Source: a virus
DNA length: 55,001 bases
Direction: 5' to 3' (one strand)
IMG/VR virus record: IMGVR_UViG_3300045015_000042
Shown: positions 9,638 to 18,690 of the stretch, one piece after another
Layout of the letters: the number at the start of each line of letters is the position of its first letter
Numbering within the stretch: position 1 is the stretch's first letter
Program-made: the position numbers and the translations under genes
The notes under the pieces: generated by a model
The model's input: the letters and a program-made list of their open reading frames with translations, nothing else
What the model was told of the DNA's origin: nothing
Database searches by the model: none

Positions 9638-10374
9638 TGTCCACAGAAGACAAATACAAGCAGGTTTCATCCTGCGAGACGATGGGACTCGGCGGCGTCG
9701 GAGTGAAGATCCTCGTCAAGTTGCCGGACGGGGTCGCACTCTCGGACGCAGAAGACGCCAACGCAAAGAACGTCGGGTACGACCTGTACCGCCGGCTACA
9801 GAACTTCGTCATTCAATCCGACCCGAAAGAGATCGAGTTCGCGAAAAAAGAAGGGGAAGAACTCCTCGCTCTTTTCGGCGACGAGAAGATCTTCGCGGAG
9901 CCGACTCACAACGAATACTCCTCGGACTCGCTGCGGCCGTGGTTCATCGTCACGACCAAGATCGGTCGCATCAAGATCGGCTGGCGTAAGCGGGTGATCG
10001 TGATCGACTGGTCGGATTCGACCAATAAGGGCCGCGCCGTCGATCTGTTCGCCACCGACGACGTGACCAAAGACCTGCACATGATCCACGCATGGGGCTA
10101 CGAGAAGGCCAAAGAGTACCTTCAGGTACTGTTGGGCCTGTCCGAACCCCAACGTCCATTACCACAAGAGCCGTTTGCTGATTTGCTGAATCAGTGTTCC
10201 GTGAGGCTTCGGAAAGTGATTGATCGAATCGGAATCAAGAACTGGAATGAACTGCTCGAACGAACACGCGAAGACCTTCTCGCAGAAGTGGGTTTCGCCG
10301 CAGGATGCCTCGCCGAACTTGAGAACCTGCTCGTTAAGTTTAAGCAGGTTCTCAAAACCCGTTCGCGTCGTTAG
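9637..10374 (+). CDS. Hypothetical protein (245 aa). The C-terminal ~60 aa look like a helix-hairpin-helix.
   Basis: Start MSTEDKYKQ chosen inside track ORF 9412..10374 because the upstream part overlaps two other genes out of frame. 1-nt stop/start overlap. Confidence 0.5.
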   Translation: MSTEDKYKQVSSCETMGLGGVGVKILVKLPDGVALSDAEDANAKNVGYDLYRRLQNFVIQSDPKEIEFAKKEGEELLALFGDEKIFAEPTHNEYSSDSLRPWFIVTTKIGRIKIGWRKRVIVIDWSDSTNKGRAVDLFATDDVTKDLHMIHAWGYEKAKEYLQVLLGLSEPQRPLPQEPFADLLNQCSVRLRKVIDRIGIKNWNELLERTREDLLAEVGFAAGCLAELENLLVKFKQVLKTRSRR

Positions 10375-10862
10375 TTCTTGTTGTAGACGCTGTTGGCGTA
10401 ATCGCTGCCCGTGGGCCGTAGGATGATTTTGCCCATGCTGTCCGACTGACGGTCGAACTGCATGTCGCGGAAGTCTTCCTCGGCCTCTTTGCTCTTGCGG
10501 AAGAACCGCTTCAGTTCGTCGGCCACCGCCTCAACGATCCGCTTTGCCGCCTCTTCTTCTTTGATGTCGTCCATCATGAAGTCTTCGTACATCTCTTCCA
10601 GATCGAGCAGGTACGGACGGCCGTAAGGTTCGGTGTTCTCCCGCTTCTGAACTCGGTACGCAATCGTGTCACCAACTTGATACACCCGCACGCCCCCGAA
10701 GTCGCTGTTGTCGTTGGGCGAAAGCAGGTAGATGTACGGAGTGTCTTCATCGAGAAACGGCTTCGCCTTCATCTGCCCACGCTGGAAGACCTGTTCCAGA
10801 ATGTGCAGGTGCCGCTTGCCGTCTCGCTTCCGTTTGTTGACAAATTCGAGGAAGGTTTCCAT
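10371..10862 (-). CDS. Hypothetical protein, 163 aa.
   Basis: Track ORF. Convergent with 9637..10374. Confidence 0.55.
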   Translation of the reverse strand: METFLEFVNKRKRDGKRHLHILEQVFQRGQMKAKPFLDEDTPYIYLLSPNDNSDFGGVRVYQVGDTIAYRVQKRENTEPYGRPYLLDLEEMYEDFMMDDIKEEEAAKRIVEAVADELKRFFRKSKEAEEDFRDMQFDRQSDSMGKIILRPTGSDYANSVYNKN

Positions 10863-11116
10863 TAAACTCCGTGGCGTGCTTTGACACTTTTGTATTTGCC
10901 TACCAACACCTCGTAACTCATCGTTGGTGTTTCGCCAATTTCTACTGCTCTCAGTGAGTTCAGAGCGGAATAAAACAAAGAGTCCAACTCATCTGCCAGA
11001 GCTTTGTAGTTTGTCTCTGGCTTCGCGTGGCGGTTTTTGCTCCACGCGGCCATCGCCGCAGCCTTGTCGGGATCGACGCCTTCGCGAAGTCCGATGTAGT
11101 CGCTAAACTTGTTCAT
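10862..11116 (-). CDS. Hypothetical protein (~84 aa, start MNKFSDY).
   Basis: Internal ATG of the track ORF, forming a TAATG overlap with the stop of 11116..12591. Confidence 0.5.
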   Translation of the reverse strand: MNKFSDYIGLREGVDPDKAAAMAAWSKNRHAKPETNYKALADELDSLFYSALNSLRAVEIGETPTMSYEVLVGKYKSVKARHGV

Positions 11117-12591
11117 TAGCACTTCCTCGTCAAAATCTCGTCCGCAGACGGGATACACCGCGTCAAGGTTTTCAGGTCGCTCGGATTACCCTTGTACGGG
11201 ATTTCCTTCAGTACGATGCCCTGGAAGGAGGACGCGGCTTCCTTCAGGATCTGGTACTGGGCTGTCAGGAACAACATGCCGTCGCGCCGCACCATGAACT
11301 CGTGCTGCTCTTTTTCCGGCTTGCCGTCCTCGTCAAGCCGACCCGTCTCCCGTTCGTACATGATCTTCATTTCCACGAACGGGATGATCGAACCCTCGTC
11401 GTCAATCATCGCTTCCGAGTTCTCTGCCGCCGTCGTCTTGATCACCAGCTTGCCGTCCGTGTACGCAGACCGCAGACTGTTGCTCAAGTCCCAACCGAGC
11501 ATGTAAACCGTTCCGTCCTTGTTAACCACGTTCGCCACGAACGCACGCTTCCTGAAGTAGTCGGCGATGCTCTCCATGACCACGCGGCGGCGTAACACGT
11601 CCTTCTCTTCTGGCGTGCCGTCGTCCAACTTCTTCAGTTCCGGCTCGGACAGGTATCGCTCCGGGTCGTCTTCCTTCAACGCCCAACGGCCGATGTCGAT
11701 CATCCCCCAACGAGCGTTCATTCTCGTTGAAAGGCGGATCGAGTATTCTTTGTCATTGAAAATCACATCTTCGTTGTTGCCACCAGAACCCACCTGCACC
11801 CCGCCGAGCAGAGCGGCGATGTACTTGCGGTGAAGGTCGCCCTTCATCCCGTGAAGCCCTTCGAGCTTGATGAAGATGTTGCCCAAGTCCGGCTGCTGTT
11901 GCAGCGACATGAACAGGTGGTTGACGACCGATACGGACGGGTTGTTCTGGTCCAACTGCTCGCGGATCGACTTGCGGATCTCTTTGGACGCCTTCTCGAC
12001 GTTCGCGTTCTGACGCAGGAATTGCACCTGAAGGTTGTCCTCAACGAACTTCCTCGGATACGAGTCGAGGTCGAGGTCGCGAACGTCGTGAATCATGTCG
12101 ATCAGTTTTTGGGCGTCACCCTTGATCGACTCCTTCAAGAAGTTGTTCTTCCAACGCTCGAAGTCCTCCGGGTCTTTGCTGTCGGGCATGTCCGGGGCTT
12201 GCGGGTCTTTGCTGATGTCGTCCGGTTCGTCGTCTGCCTTCTTGTCGCCCGCGTCCTTCGGCTTGTTGCCGCCGTCAGCGTCGGGCGGTCCACCCGCTCC
12301 CGCGCCCGGAGTACCCGGCGGATTGGAAGCGGCCGGCGGTTGTCCCCCGGCTCCAGCTTGGGCGTCAGGGGCCGTGAAGTTCTCTTCTTCTTTCAACAGC
12401 CAGCGACGGCCGTTGTTCTCGGCGACTTGGAGGCGACGATCCTCGTACCTGAGCCACTCGGTCAGTTCCTTGTGGGTCATTACGCTTTTTTCTGTGGCGG
12501 GGCGGTCGGCTTTGGCAGACGGTTTCTTGGCCGCGTTCGAGCCTACGGCCGGCTTGCCCTTCATCCACTCCCAGATTGCGTGGTTACTCAT
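11116..12591 (-). CDS. Hypothetical protein (491 aa) with an acidic, Gly/Pro-rich low-complexity region.
   Basis: Track ORF. Start overlaps the stop of 12584..13075. Confidence 0.6.
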   Translation of the reverse strand: MSNHAIWEWMKGKPAVGSNAAKKPSAKADRPATEKSVMTHKELTEWLRYEDRRLQVAENNGRRWLLKEEENFTAPDAQAGAGGQPPAASNPPGTPGAGAGGPPDADGGNKPKDAGDKKADDEPDDISKDPQAPDMPDSKDPEDFERWKNNFLKESIKGDAQKLIDMIHDVRDLDLDSYPRKFVEDNLQVQFLRQNANVEKASKEIRKSIREQLDQNNPSVSVVNHLFMSLQQQPDLGNIFIKLEGLHGMKGDLHRKYIAALLGGVQVGSGGNNEDVIFNDKEYSIRLSTRMNARWGMIDIGRWALKEDDPERYLSEPELKKLDDGTPEEKDVLRRRVVMESIADYFRKRAFVANVVNKDGTVYMLGWDLSNSLRSAYTDGKLVIKTTAAENSEAMIDDEGSIIPFVEMKIMYERETGRLDEDGKPEKEQHEFMVRRDGMLFLTAQYQILKEAASSFQGIVLKEIPYKGNPSDLKTLTRCIPSADEILTRKC

Positions 12592-13075
12592 TGGTCTTCT
12601 TCTCCTTGTCTTTCTTGGCCTTCATCCGTTTTTCAAGCTGCTCAAGGAAGGAGCGACGTGTACCGGAGAAGTGGTAGTGGTTTTCCTGACTCGCCGTGAC
12701 CGACTTGGGTCCGGCGGTCGTCGTCATTTCTTTCAACTTGAAGCTCGCCATCAGTTTGACGATGCCCATCATCTTGTCCGACATGCCGGCCTTCGTATTC
12801 ACCAACCCCACTAGGGCTTCTTTGGTTGCCGGCTGGCTGTTACCTTCGTTGAACACCATTTCAACGAAGTTGGCTATTAGCGTGTCGATCTGTTTGCGGT
12901 CGCTCCTCATGTTCGTGAGGATTTCGGCACACAGGCCCAACATCTCGTCGTCCTCGAACATTGGGGTCGAGGCCGAGAGCGGTCGCTGATCTGGGAGCGG
13001 AGCCATGACTTCCGGTGCGGCCGGCAGTATGTCGTTCTCGACGGCTTCCAACATTTGGTCAATATCTTGGTTCAT
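12584..13075 (-). CDS. Hypothetical protein (163 aa). First gene of a 4-gene minus operon.
   Basis: Track ORF. Confidence 0.55.
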   Translation of the reverse strand: MNQDIDQMLEAVENDILPAAPEVMAPLPDQRPLSASTPMFEDDEMLGLCAEILTNMRSDRKQIDTLIANFVEMVFNEGNSQPATKEALVGLVNTKAGMSDKMMGIVKLMASFKLKEMTTTAGPKSVTASQENHYHFSGTRRSFLEQLEKRMKAKKDKEKKTNE

Positions 13076-13077
13076 GA

Positions 13078-13092
13078 GTAGGTATATAGGTC
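13078..13092 (-). promoter_or_regulatory. CCTATATACC -10-like box 7 nt upstream of ATG 13075, predicting a leaderless transcript. Same box as at 5877..5892.
   Basis: GACCTATATACCTACTC-ATG in gene orientation. Confidence 0.35.
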
Positions 13093-13129
13093 ACAGGAAA
13101 GTGAAACGCCGTTGTGAGGGAACCACATT

Positions 13130-13576
13130 ATGCCACCGCCGAATCAAAAATCCGACGCCACACAAGAAACGGTACGTCAATTGTTTGAGATCTCCAGCCG
13201 TATAGACGAAAGGATCAAGTATCTAGTCGAAAAGCAGAACGAGATGTCCGACAAGATCGAGAAACTCGCGATCAACATGACCGAGACGGCGGTGCGTGTC
13301 GCCGTCCTAGAAAAGTCTGGTTGGGATAAATCGAAGGACAACCTTGACGAGATCGACAAAAAAGTGGCCGTTCTGGACAAGCAGTTCAACAACGGCCTGA
13401 AAGCAGACGTACAAGAACTGAAAGAAAAGGTCCGCGTCCTTGAGTTCAGCAACGAACACAACACCAGCTACCGCAACAAGGGCGAGATCCGCCTTCAGTG
13501 GTGGCTCGATGCGGCGTGGAAGGTGATGCAAATTGTCGGAGCCGCCGCACTTGCTTATTACTTGAGCAAAAAGTAA
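13130..13576 (+). CDS. Coiled-coil protein (148 aa) with a C-terminal transmembrane helix.
   Basis: Track ORF. Confidence 0.55.
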   Translation: MPPPNQKSDATQETVRQLFEISSRIDERIKYLVEKQNEMSDKIEKLAINMTETAVRVAVLEKSGWDKSKDNLDEIDKKVAVLDKQFNNGLKADVQELKEKVRVLEFSNEHNTSYRNKGEIRLQWWLDAAWKVMQIVGAAALAYYLSKK

Positions 13577-13597
13577 TGCCCCCAGGAGCTAAATAGA

Positions 13598-15148
13598 ATG
13601 ATGAAAAAGTTCACTTTGTTCCGCGAAGAACGAGACGCCAAGACCCCCATCTCGTCCAAAATCAAACTGCAAAAGCAAGAAGGCTCTGCGGAGTTTTCTC
13701 CTTTCCGCGTCGATAAGGCTACCCGCCCGAACCTCCGCACACTGATCCAAGCCTTCAAGGGCAGCGGTCAGGTCGGCCTCGGCTACACCACCATCGACAA
13801 GTCGAAGGGCGAACACGAACCGCTGATGAAGGCCAAGAACTTGTGGCTCACCGGCGGCGCGGTTCGCGACCACCTCAAGGGCAAAACCCCGAAGGGCTAC
13901 GACCTCGTTACGGACGCCACTCCTTCCGAAGTCCGCATGATTCTCTCCAACTCGGAACAACCGTTTACTGAGGTCAAGCCGAAAGACGGCGAGATGGGTC
14001 AGGACGAGCGGTACGCCGATCTGCCGAGCGGCAACAAGCGTCGGTGCTTCTACGCCAGCCGTTGGGACGGACAGGGCAAAGAGATCGAGATCACCGTCGA
14101 GATAAACGGCGAGAAGTTCGAGCTTGCGTCCCTCGGCAAGCACGGCAAAAGTCGCCGGGTGAACCCGGACAAAGCCGACGTTGCGACCAGCGTCGAAGAA
14201 GACAGCATGGGTCGCGACTTCACGATGAACGCCATGTATATCCCATTGAGTCAAAGTGACGGCGAGAACAGCGAATTGATTGATCCGCATGGTGGCGCAC
14301 ACCACCTGAAGGCGGGCGAGGTCAAGTTTATCAACAGTCCTATGGACAAGATGCGTGACGACCCGATGACGGCATTCCGTTACCTCAATCAAACTGGCAA
14401 GTTCGGAAAGTTTTCGGGAATCGGCGACAAGGAAAAAGCGGCGATTGGGCAGTTCAAAGACATGGCCGACGTTGACCCGTCCGAGATCCGCAAATCGTTC
14501 CTCAGCGGCCTCGAAGATCCCGACATGGACGCCAGAGGGTACATGGGCGCGGCTAAGGGTCTGGGCCTTCTGAACGTCGTGTTCCCTGATCTCGAATTCC
14601 GCGAAGACGACATGCCGCCGGACTTCCGTGGCGACCGCTGGTTGGCACCGGCTTGGGTTCTCAGGGACAACGACCCCGAAAAGGTCAAGAAGGTACTGGG
14701 CGGCGGCGGCTGGAGCAAACAAGAAGCATCGGACATCGCCTATCTGGTCAAGATCGCATCTTGGGCTGAAAAGGATGGGTTCAGTCCCGACAAGCTCAAG
14801 GACGTTAAGGGCCACACCGGGCTGACCAAGAGCAAGATCCGCGAATGGCTCCAAATGATCAACAAGGGTCAGGGCGGCGAAGCGGAAGGTCTGTTCAAGG
14901 ACGGCGAGGACGAAAACGATATGGGCGGCGAGGAAGGTCCGCAGGAGAAAAGAATGGGAGCGGCCAAGTCGCTCACCAGACCGTCTTCTGACGAAGGGGA
15001 TGCAGAGGAGAAACCGGAAAAGAAGGATGACGGCGGCGAGAAAAAGGAGTCGATGTCTTGGGGCCGTATGATGGAACGCATCAAGAACCGCCCGGCCCAA
15101 CAGGAGCGTCCGACCGAGTCGGCTGGTTGGGTTCCACTCATCCGCTGA
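13598..15148 (+). CDS. Pol-beta superfamily nucleotidyltransferase of the class II CCA-adding / poly(A)-polymerase head family (516 aa). No HD domain, and an acidic/basic low-complexity C-terminus.
   Basis: LTGGAVRDHLKGKTPKGYDLVTD (GGxVRD...D..D head motif) and RDFTMNAMY (RRDFTINA motif). AGGAG Shine-Dalgarno. Confidence 0.6.
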   Translation: MMKKFTLFREERDAKTPISSKIKLQKQEGSAEFSPFRVDKATRPNLRTLIQAFKGSGQVGLGYTTIDKSKGEHEPLMKAKNLWLTGGAVRDHLKGKTPKGYDLVTDATPSEVRMILSNSEQPFTEVKPKDGEMGQDERYADLPSGNKRRCFYASRWDGQGKEIEITVEINGEKFELASLGKHGKSRRVNPDKADVATSVEEDSMGRDFTMNAMYIPLSQSDGENSELIDPHGGAHHLKAGEVKFINSPMDKMRDDPMTAFRYLNQTGKFGKFSGIGDKEKAAIGQFKDMADVDPSEIRKSFLSGLEDPDMDARGYMGAAKGLGLLNVVFPDLEFREDDMPPDFRGDRWLAPAWVLRDNDPEKVKKVLGGGGWSKQEASDIAYLVKIASWAEKDGFSPDKLKDVKGHTGLTKSKIREWLQMINKGQGGEAEGLFKDGEDENDMGGEEGPQEKRMGAAKSLTRPSSDEGDAEEKPEKKDDGGEKKESMSWGRMMERIKNRPAQQERPTESAGWVPLIR

Positions 15149-15164
15149 TCGGTTTACAAACAGC

Positions 15165-15199
15165 GAAGCCCTCCCTATAACAAGGGAGGGCTTCTTTTT
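15165..15199 (+). terminator. Rho-independent terminator (11-bp stem GAAGCCCTCCC/GGGAGGGCTTC, loop TATAACA, then TTTTT).
   Basis: Perfect hairpin plus T-run 17 nt after the stop. Confidence 0.75.
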
Positions 15200-15216
15200 G
15201 CGCCGAGGGTAATGTC

Positions 15217-15558
15217 GTGCTGGAATACAGCGTCCAAGCCACGCCGTTCATCATCCGCGATCTGGGGTGGAAGTTCATCAAGGAACTTGCGGCTCAGGCG
15301 TACCCTCTTTTCGAGGACGGGCAGTTCCGCCGTTTGGTCTTCGGGTCGCAAGGCACACAGGTTCTCGACACCGTGGACCCCGATAAAATCAAAGTGATCT
15401 TTGCACAGATCGAAGATCGGGCGGTCATGATCGCGCCGTACCGCGACGAAGAAGGCATCAAGGTGCTTTACTTCAAATGGGTCGAAGAAACTCTCTACGA
15501 TTCATTCTGCGTACCCGATGGGCAGAACCGAGTCTGGGACAACCGAGAGAAGCCGTGA
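15217..15558 (+). CDS. Hypothetical protein (113 aa, GTG start).
   Basis: Track ORF. Confidence 0.5.
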   Translation: MLEYSVQATPFIIRDLGWKFIKELAAQAYPLFEDGQFRRLVFGSQGTQVLDTVDPDKIKVIFAQIEDRAVMIAPYRDEEGIKVLYFKWVEETLYDSFCVPDGQNRVWDNREKP

Positions 15559-15758
15559 CAGACCGCGTCGAAACCTACAAAGTTGAACACGGGTGGAACC
15601 ACCCCTACCCGTGGATGTTCCGCGTCTGGCACAACGGCGTTTGCCATCAGTTCGCGGGCATGCCCAATCAGTGTTCTACACGCAGAGAAGCTGCCGCTCG
15701 CGGGGGCTGGCGGCTCAGATGGCTCAAAACCGGCAAGTTTCAGGAGAAGTACAAGTGA
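15555..15758 (+). CDS. Small hypothetical protein (~67 aa, GTG start in a GTGA overlap with the preceding stop).
   Basis: In-frame GTG inside track ORF 15477..15758. GAGAGAAG Shine-Dalgarno. Confidence 0.4.
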   Translation: MTDRVETYKVEHGWNHPYPWMFRVWHNGVCHQFAGMPNQCSTRREAAARGGWRLRWLKTGKFQEKYK

Positions 15759-16270
15759 ATATCGACGTTTTCGATTTTGACGGGACACTCGTCAAGACGC
15801 CCGGACGCGAGCAAGCCGAGAAAGACTTCCTCGCGGCGACCGGGAACCCGTGGCCGCACATCGGTTTCTACGGCCGACTGGAATCTCTGATCCCTCCTGT
15901 CTTCCCAGAGAAGCCGGGTGACGAGTTCTTGATTCAAGAAGTCGCCGAGATCTGCCGCGCCAAAGAATGCGATCTCCGCGTGCTGATGACGGGGCGACCG
16001 TACAAACTACGCAATCGCGTCCTCGAAATCTGCACCCACTACGGCCTCGCCTTCGGCCTGACCTATTTTCAGGGCCAGAAGGACTGCCCCGGAATCAACA
16101 CTTTCGAGTGCAAAACTTCGGGGCTGCGACAACTCTTAACCCTTAATCCACAACGACTTAGGTTGTGGGAGGACCGGGAAGATCACTTCGTTCTGTTCGA
16201 GGAGTTGTTCAGGACGTTTCGCGCAGAGCGTCCAGAGGTGGAGTTCGTTCTGAACCGGGTGGTGTCGTAA
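15755..16270 (+). CDS. HAD-superfamily phosphatase (171 aa; motif I DVFDFDGTLV), comparable to the polynucleotide kinase 3'-phosphatase domain.
   Basis: DxDGT motif at residues 4-9 after a GTG start in a GTGA overlap. GGAGAA Shine-Dalgarno. Confidence 0.5.
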   Translation: MNIDVFDFDGTLVKTPGREQAEKDFLAATGNPWPHIGFYGRLESLIPPVFPEKPGDEFLIQEVAEICRAKECDLRVLMTGRPYKLRNRVLEICTHYGLAFGLTYFQGQKDCPGINTFECKTSGLRQLLTLNPQRLRLWEDREDHFVLFEELFRTFRAERPEVEFVLNRVVS

Positions 16271-16276
16271 ATAGGC

Positions 16277-16585
16277 TTGATGGCCTACACCCTCTTCTAC
16301 GACTCGATGCGTTTCTTGAAGAAGGTCGTCCGCAGCAACAAGCCGGTCAAAGTTCGACGGATGAAGCTGACGGACGACGTTGAGGGTCTTTGTATCGAGA
16401 AGTCCGATCACTTCTTGATCAAGGTTTCCAATGAATTGACCATGAGCCACGCCATCGACGTGATGATCCACGAATTTGCTCACGTCGAAGCATGGGGTAA
16501 ACAGCGGGACGCACACGGTTCGGTGTGGGGGAAGTGTTACAGCCGACTTTTTCGCGAGTATTACGACGGCTTCCTCGCCAACTGA
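16277..16585 (+). CDS. Small HExxH protein (102 aa; MIHEFAHVEAW...DAHG), a putative minimal zinc metallopeptidase.
   Basis: HEFAH motif plus a downstream His. Confidence 0.4.
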   Translation: MMAYTLFYDSMRFLKKVVRSNKPVKVRRMKLTDDVEGLCIEKSDHFLIKVSNELTMSHAIDVMIHEFAHVEAWGKQRDAHGSVWGKCYSRLFREYYDGFLAN

Positions 16586-16598
16586 CTCTCTTTAGTGC

Positions 16599-17453
16599 AT
16601 GGACTACCTAGTCGTTGCACCCAACACGCCTCACTACCAGTGGCAGATCGCCATTCTCGCGCAGAGCTTCAAACTCCACGGTCTGCAAGAGAATCTGTGC
16701 GTCATTCTCGTCGTAAACGAAGATACGCCGACGATCAACTTGTATCACAAGCACTTCGCCGATCTCCCTCGTCTGCACGCCATCAAATTGGCGACCGATC
16801 CCGACCCGGATGTTGCGAGACTCGATGCGTTGGCGTTGGCGTCTGCCCGCAGTTTGATTTCCCAGACGTTTATCAGTTTGCCGCCGCACTGCGTTTTGTG
16901 GCACCCGCCGAAGAAACTCGACGCCAACATTTCGTTCGCCTGCCGATCTGATTTCACTTTCTCCCACCTTACCAGTTATGGGATTTCGGGAGACGAGATT
17001 GCTCGTAGGTCGGGCGGGAGGAAGCAATGGTTCCCGGTCGGTGAGATCTTCGGGTTCAAAAACGTCCACACCGAGTTCTTCTACAGGGTTGTGGAGCGTG
17101 CCAGACTGATTGGATTCGATTCTTACCGGCAACTGTTGAGGGCGGGGTCAGACAAGAAGGTGAAGGGTCTTTTTAGGGCGGGCATGTCTTTGTCGTTGCT
17201 TGAACACTTCGACCGCTACAGCATCGACACTTCGATGAATCTGGAGTGTCAGATGACGGATACCAACTTCACCGCGAACTTCATCAACTACTGCTACGGT
17301 TCGCCGCCGGATTTCAACAAGATCTACTATCAACTCGACGGCAACAAGTTCGGGTTTTCGGATTCGCCGTTCGCGGCGATCATGCGGGCCGACACTTCGC
17401 CCGCGACCGACTTCATGAAGAAGGTCGTTTCGACTATGCTCCCCCGCCCATAA
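16599..17453 (+). CDS. Hypothetical protein, 284 aa.
   Basis: Track ORF. Confidence 0.55.
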   Translation: MDYLVVAPNTPHYQWQIAILAQSFKLHGLQENLCVILVVNEDTPTINLYHKHFADLPRLHAIKLATDPDPDVARLDALALASARSLISQTFISLPPHCVLWHPPKKLDANISFACRSDFTFSHLTSYGISGDEIARRSGGRKQWFPVGEIFGFKNVHTEFFYRVVERARLIGFDSYRQLLRAGSDKKVKGLFRAGMSLSLLEHFDRYSIDTSMNLECQMTDTNFTANFINYCYGSPPDFNKIYYQLDGNKFGFSDSPFAAIMRADTSPATDFMKKVVSTMLPRP

Positions 17454-17994
17454 CCTGATTCGGCTTGGCTTTACTCGCAGCTACTTCGCTCGGTGTCATC
17501 GGGTGCTTCGGGTCTACTGTCGGCGTCTTAGACGCGACCGGCGGCGTCACCTTGTTCATCTTCAACCACGGCGGGGTCAGCTTGTCGATGTTCGCCGGCA
17601 CCGCGCCCTGTTTCGCGCCCTTTTCCAATACACCGGCGACATCGACTCCTTTGCCCTTACCGATCTGGTTGGGAATTGGCTTGCCGGTCGGTGTCATGAG
17701 GCCGACAACCCTCTCCCAGTCTTTCTTGTTGATGCCCTTCGGAACGGTTTTGCCGTTGAGCATGTTCTGTTGCTTCTGGAACTCTTGGTCTGCGACCATT
17801 TTCGCTTTGTCGGGTTTGGCGTTCGGGTTGGCCTGTACGTTGGCGACGACTTTTTCGAGGTCCGCGCCGGACTGTTGGAGTTGTGCAACGAAGGCGTCTC
17901 TCGTCCCTGGATCGCTCAGGTCAATGCCCAGATCACCGACGATGGCCTCGAAGAGTTGTGGATTACGAAGTCTGACGTAGTTTGCGAACGACAT
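17434..17994 (-). CDS. Hypothetical Lys/Pro-rich protein (~187 aa).
   Basis: Second ATG of the track ORF has an AAGGAA Shine-Dalgarno. Confidence 0.5.
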   Translation of the reverse strand: MSFANYVRLRNPQLFEAIVGDLGIDLSDPGTRDAFVAQLQQSGADLEKVVANVQANPNAKPDKAKMVADQEFQKQQNMLNGKTVPKGINKKDWERVVGLMTPTGKPIPNQIGKGKGVDVAGVLEKGAKQGAVPANIDKLTPPWLKMNKVTPPVASKTPTVDPKHPMTPSEVAASKAKPNQVMGGGA

Positions 17995-18037
17995 TGTTTC
18001 CTTTGCAAATCGGTTCATCCTATCTAGTCCCCAGACC

Positions 18038-18047
18038 GGCTATACTT
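18038..18047 (+). promoter_or_regulatory. GGCTATACTT -10-like motif 18 nt upstream of ATG 18064.
   Basis: Variant of the GTCTATACTG family. Confidence 0.35.
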
Positions 18048-18063
18048 CAAAAAAGGGGATCAC

Positions 18064-18609
18064 ATGCAAGCAGCCATTTTCATTCACGGTCAAGTTCTCT
18101 GTGGACCCACTCGCGAAAGCCTCGCCGCCTGTATGACGGATGCCGACGCCGTGAGCGGTTTCTACCACCACGATCACAAACGGTTCGTATCGGAAGACCG
18201 CCAGTTCTACATGAAGGACATCGTCCTGATCCGTCACGCCGACGCCGAGGGCGACAAACTCACCGGCAAAGGCATCGCCCAGATCCAAAGTAGCCTGCCC
18301 CGACTGAATTCTTTGTACCGCAGTAATTTGGAGATAATCTCTGCCCCGTTCGAGAGATGCGAACACACGGCGTGGGCGCTCGCGACTCATTTTTCGCTTT
18401 CGGCTAAAGCGAACGACTCGATCCGCGAACCAGCTACTGACGAGAACGTGTCGGCGGCTCTGGACGAGTTGCCTGATTATGCTATGTTGATTGTTCCCGC
18501 CGATTTCCTTTGCCTCGCCGTTGGCAAAGCGACCGGGAAGTTCCCGTCCTCGGTTCCCAACATGGCCGTGATCCGCCTGTTGGCGAACGCTGCGGAAGAG
18601 ATCGCTTGA
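18064..18609 (+). CDS. Histidine-phosphatase superfamily protein (SixA-like; LIRHADAEGD...LTGKG), 181 aa.
   Basis: The RH(A/G) motif context resembles SixA and phosphoglycerate mutase branch 1. Confidence 0.4.
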   Translation: MQAAIFIHGQVLCGPTRESLAACMTDADAVSGFYHHDHKRFVSEDRQFYMKDIVLIRHADAEGDKLTGKGIAQIQSSLPRLNSLYRSNLEIISAPFERCEHTAWALATHFSLSAKANDSIREPATDENVSAALDELPDYAMLIVPADFLCLAVGKATGKFPSSVPNMAVIRLLANAAEEIA

Positions 18610-18617
18610 CAAAAACT

Positions 18618-18656
18618 TCCCGAATGCCGACAATCCTGGGAAGTTTGTCTATACTG
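18618..18656 (+). promoter_or_regulatory. Hairpin (AACTTCCC...GGGAAGTT) followed by a GTCTATACTG motif. Precedes gene 18691.
   Basis: 8-bp stem with a 16-nt loop, then the motif at 18647..18656. Confidence 0.4.
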
Positions 18657-18690
18657 ACCCGGCAATGAACGGCCCGTAACGGAGGATTCA

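Noticed and set aside
11192-12814. Plus-strand ORFs (11830..12699, 12095..12814 and others) overlapping minus genes 11116..13075.
   Set aside because: No Shine-Dalgarno, low-complexity composition, antisense to operon genes with coupled starts.
13589-15100. Minus ORF of 503 aa antisense to the nucleotidyltransferase gene.
   Set aside because: The plus-strand gene has the conserved GGAVRD and RDFTMNA motifs plus a Shine-Dalgarno. The minus ORF is Arg/Leu-rich junk.
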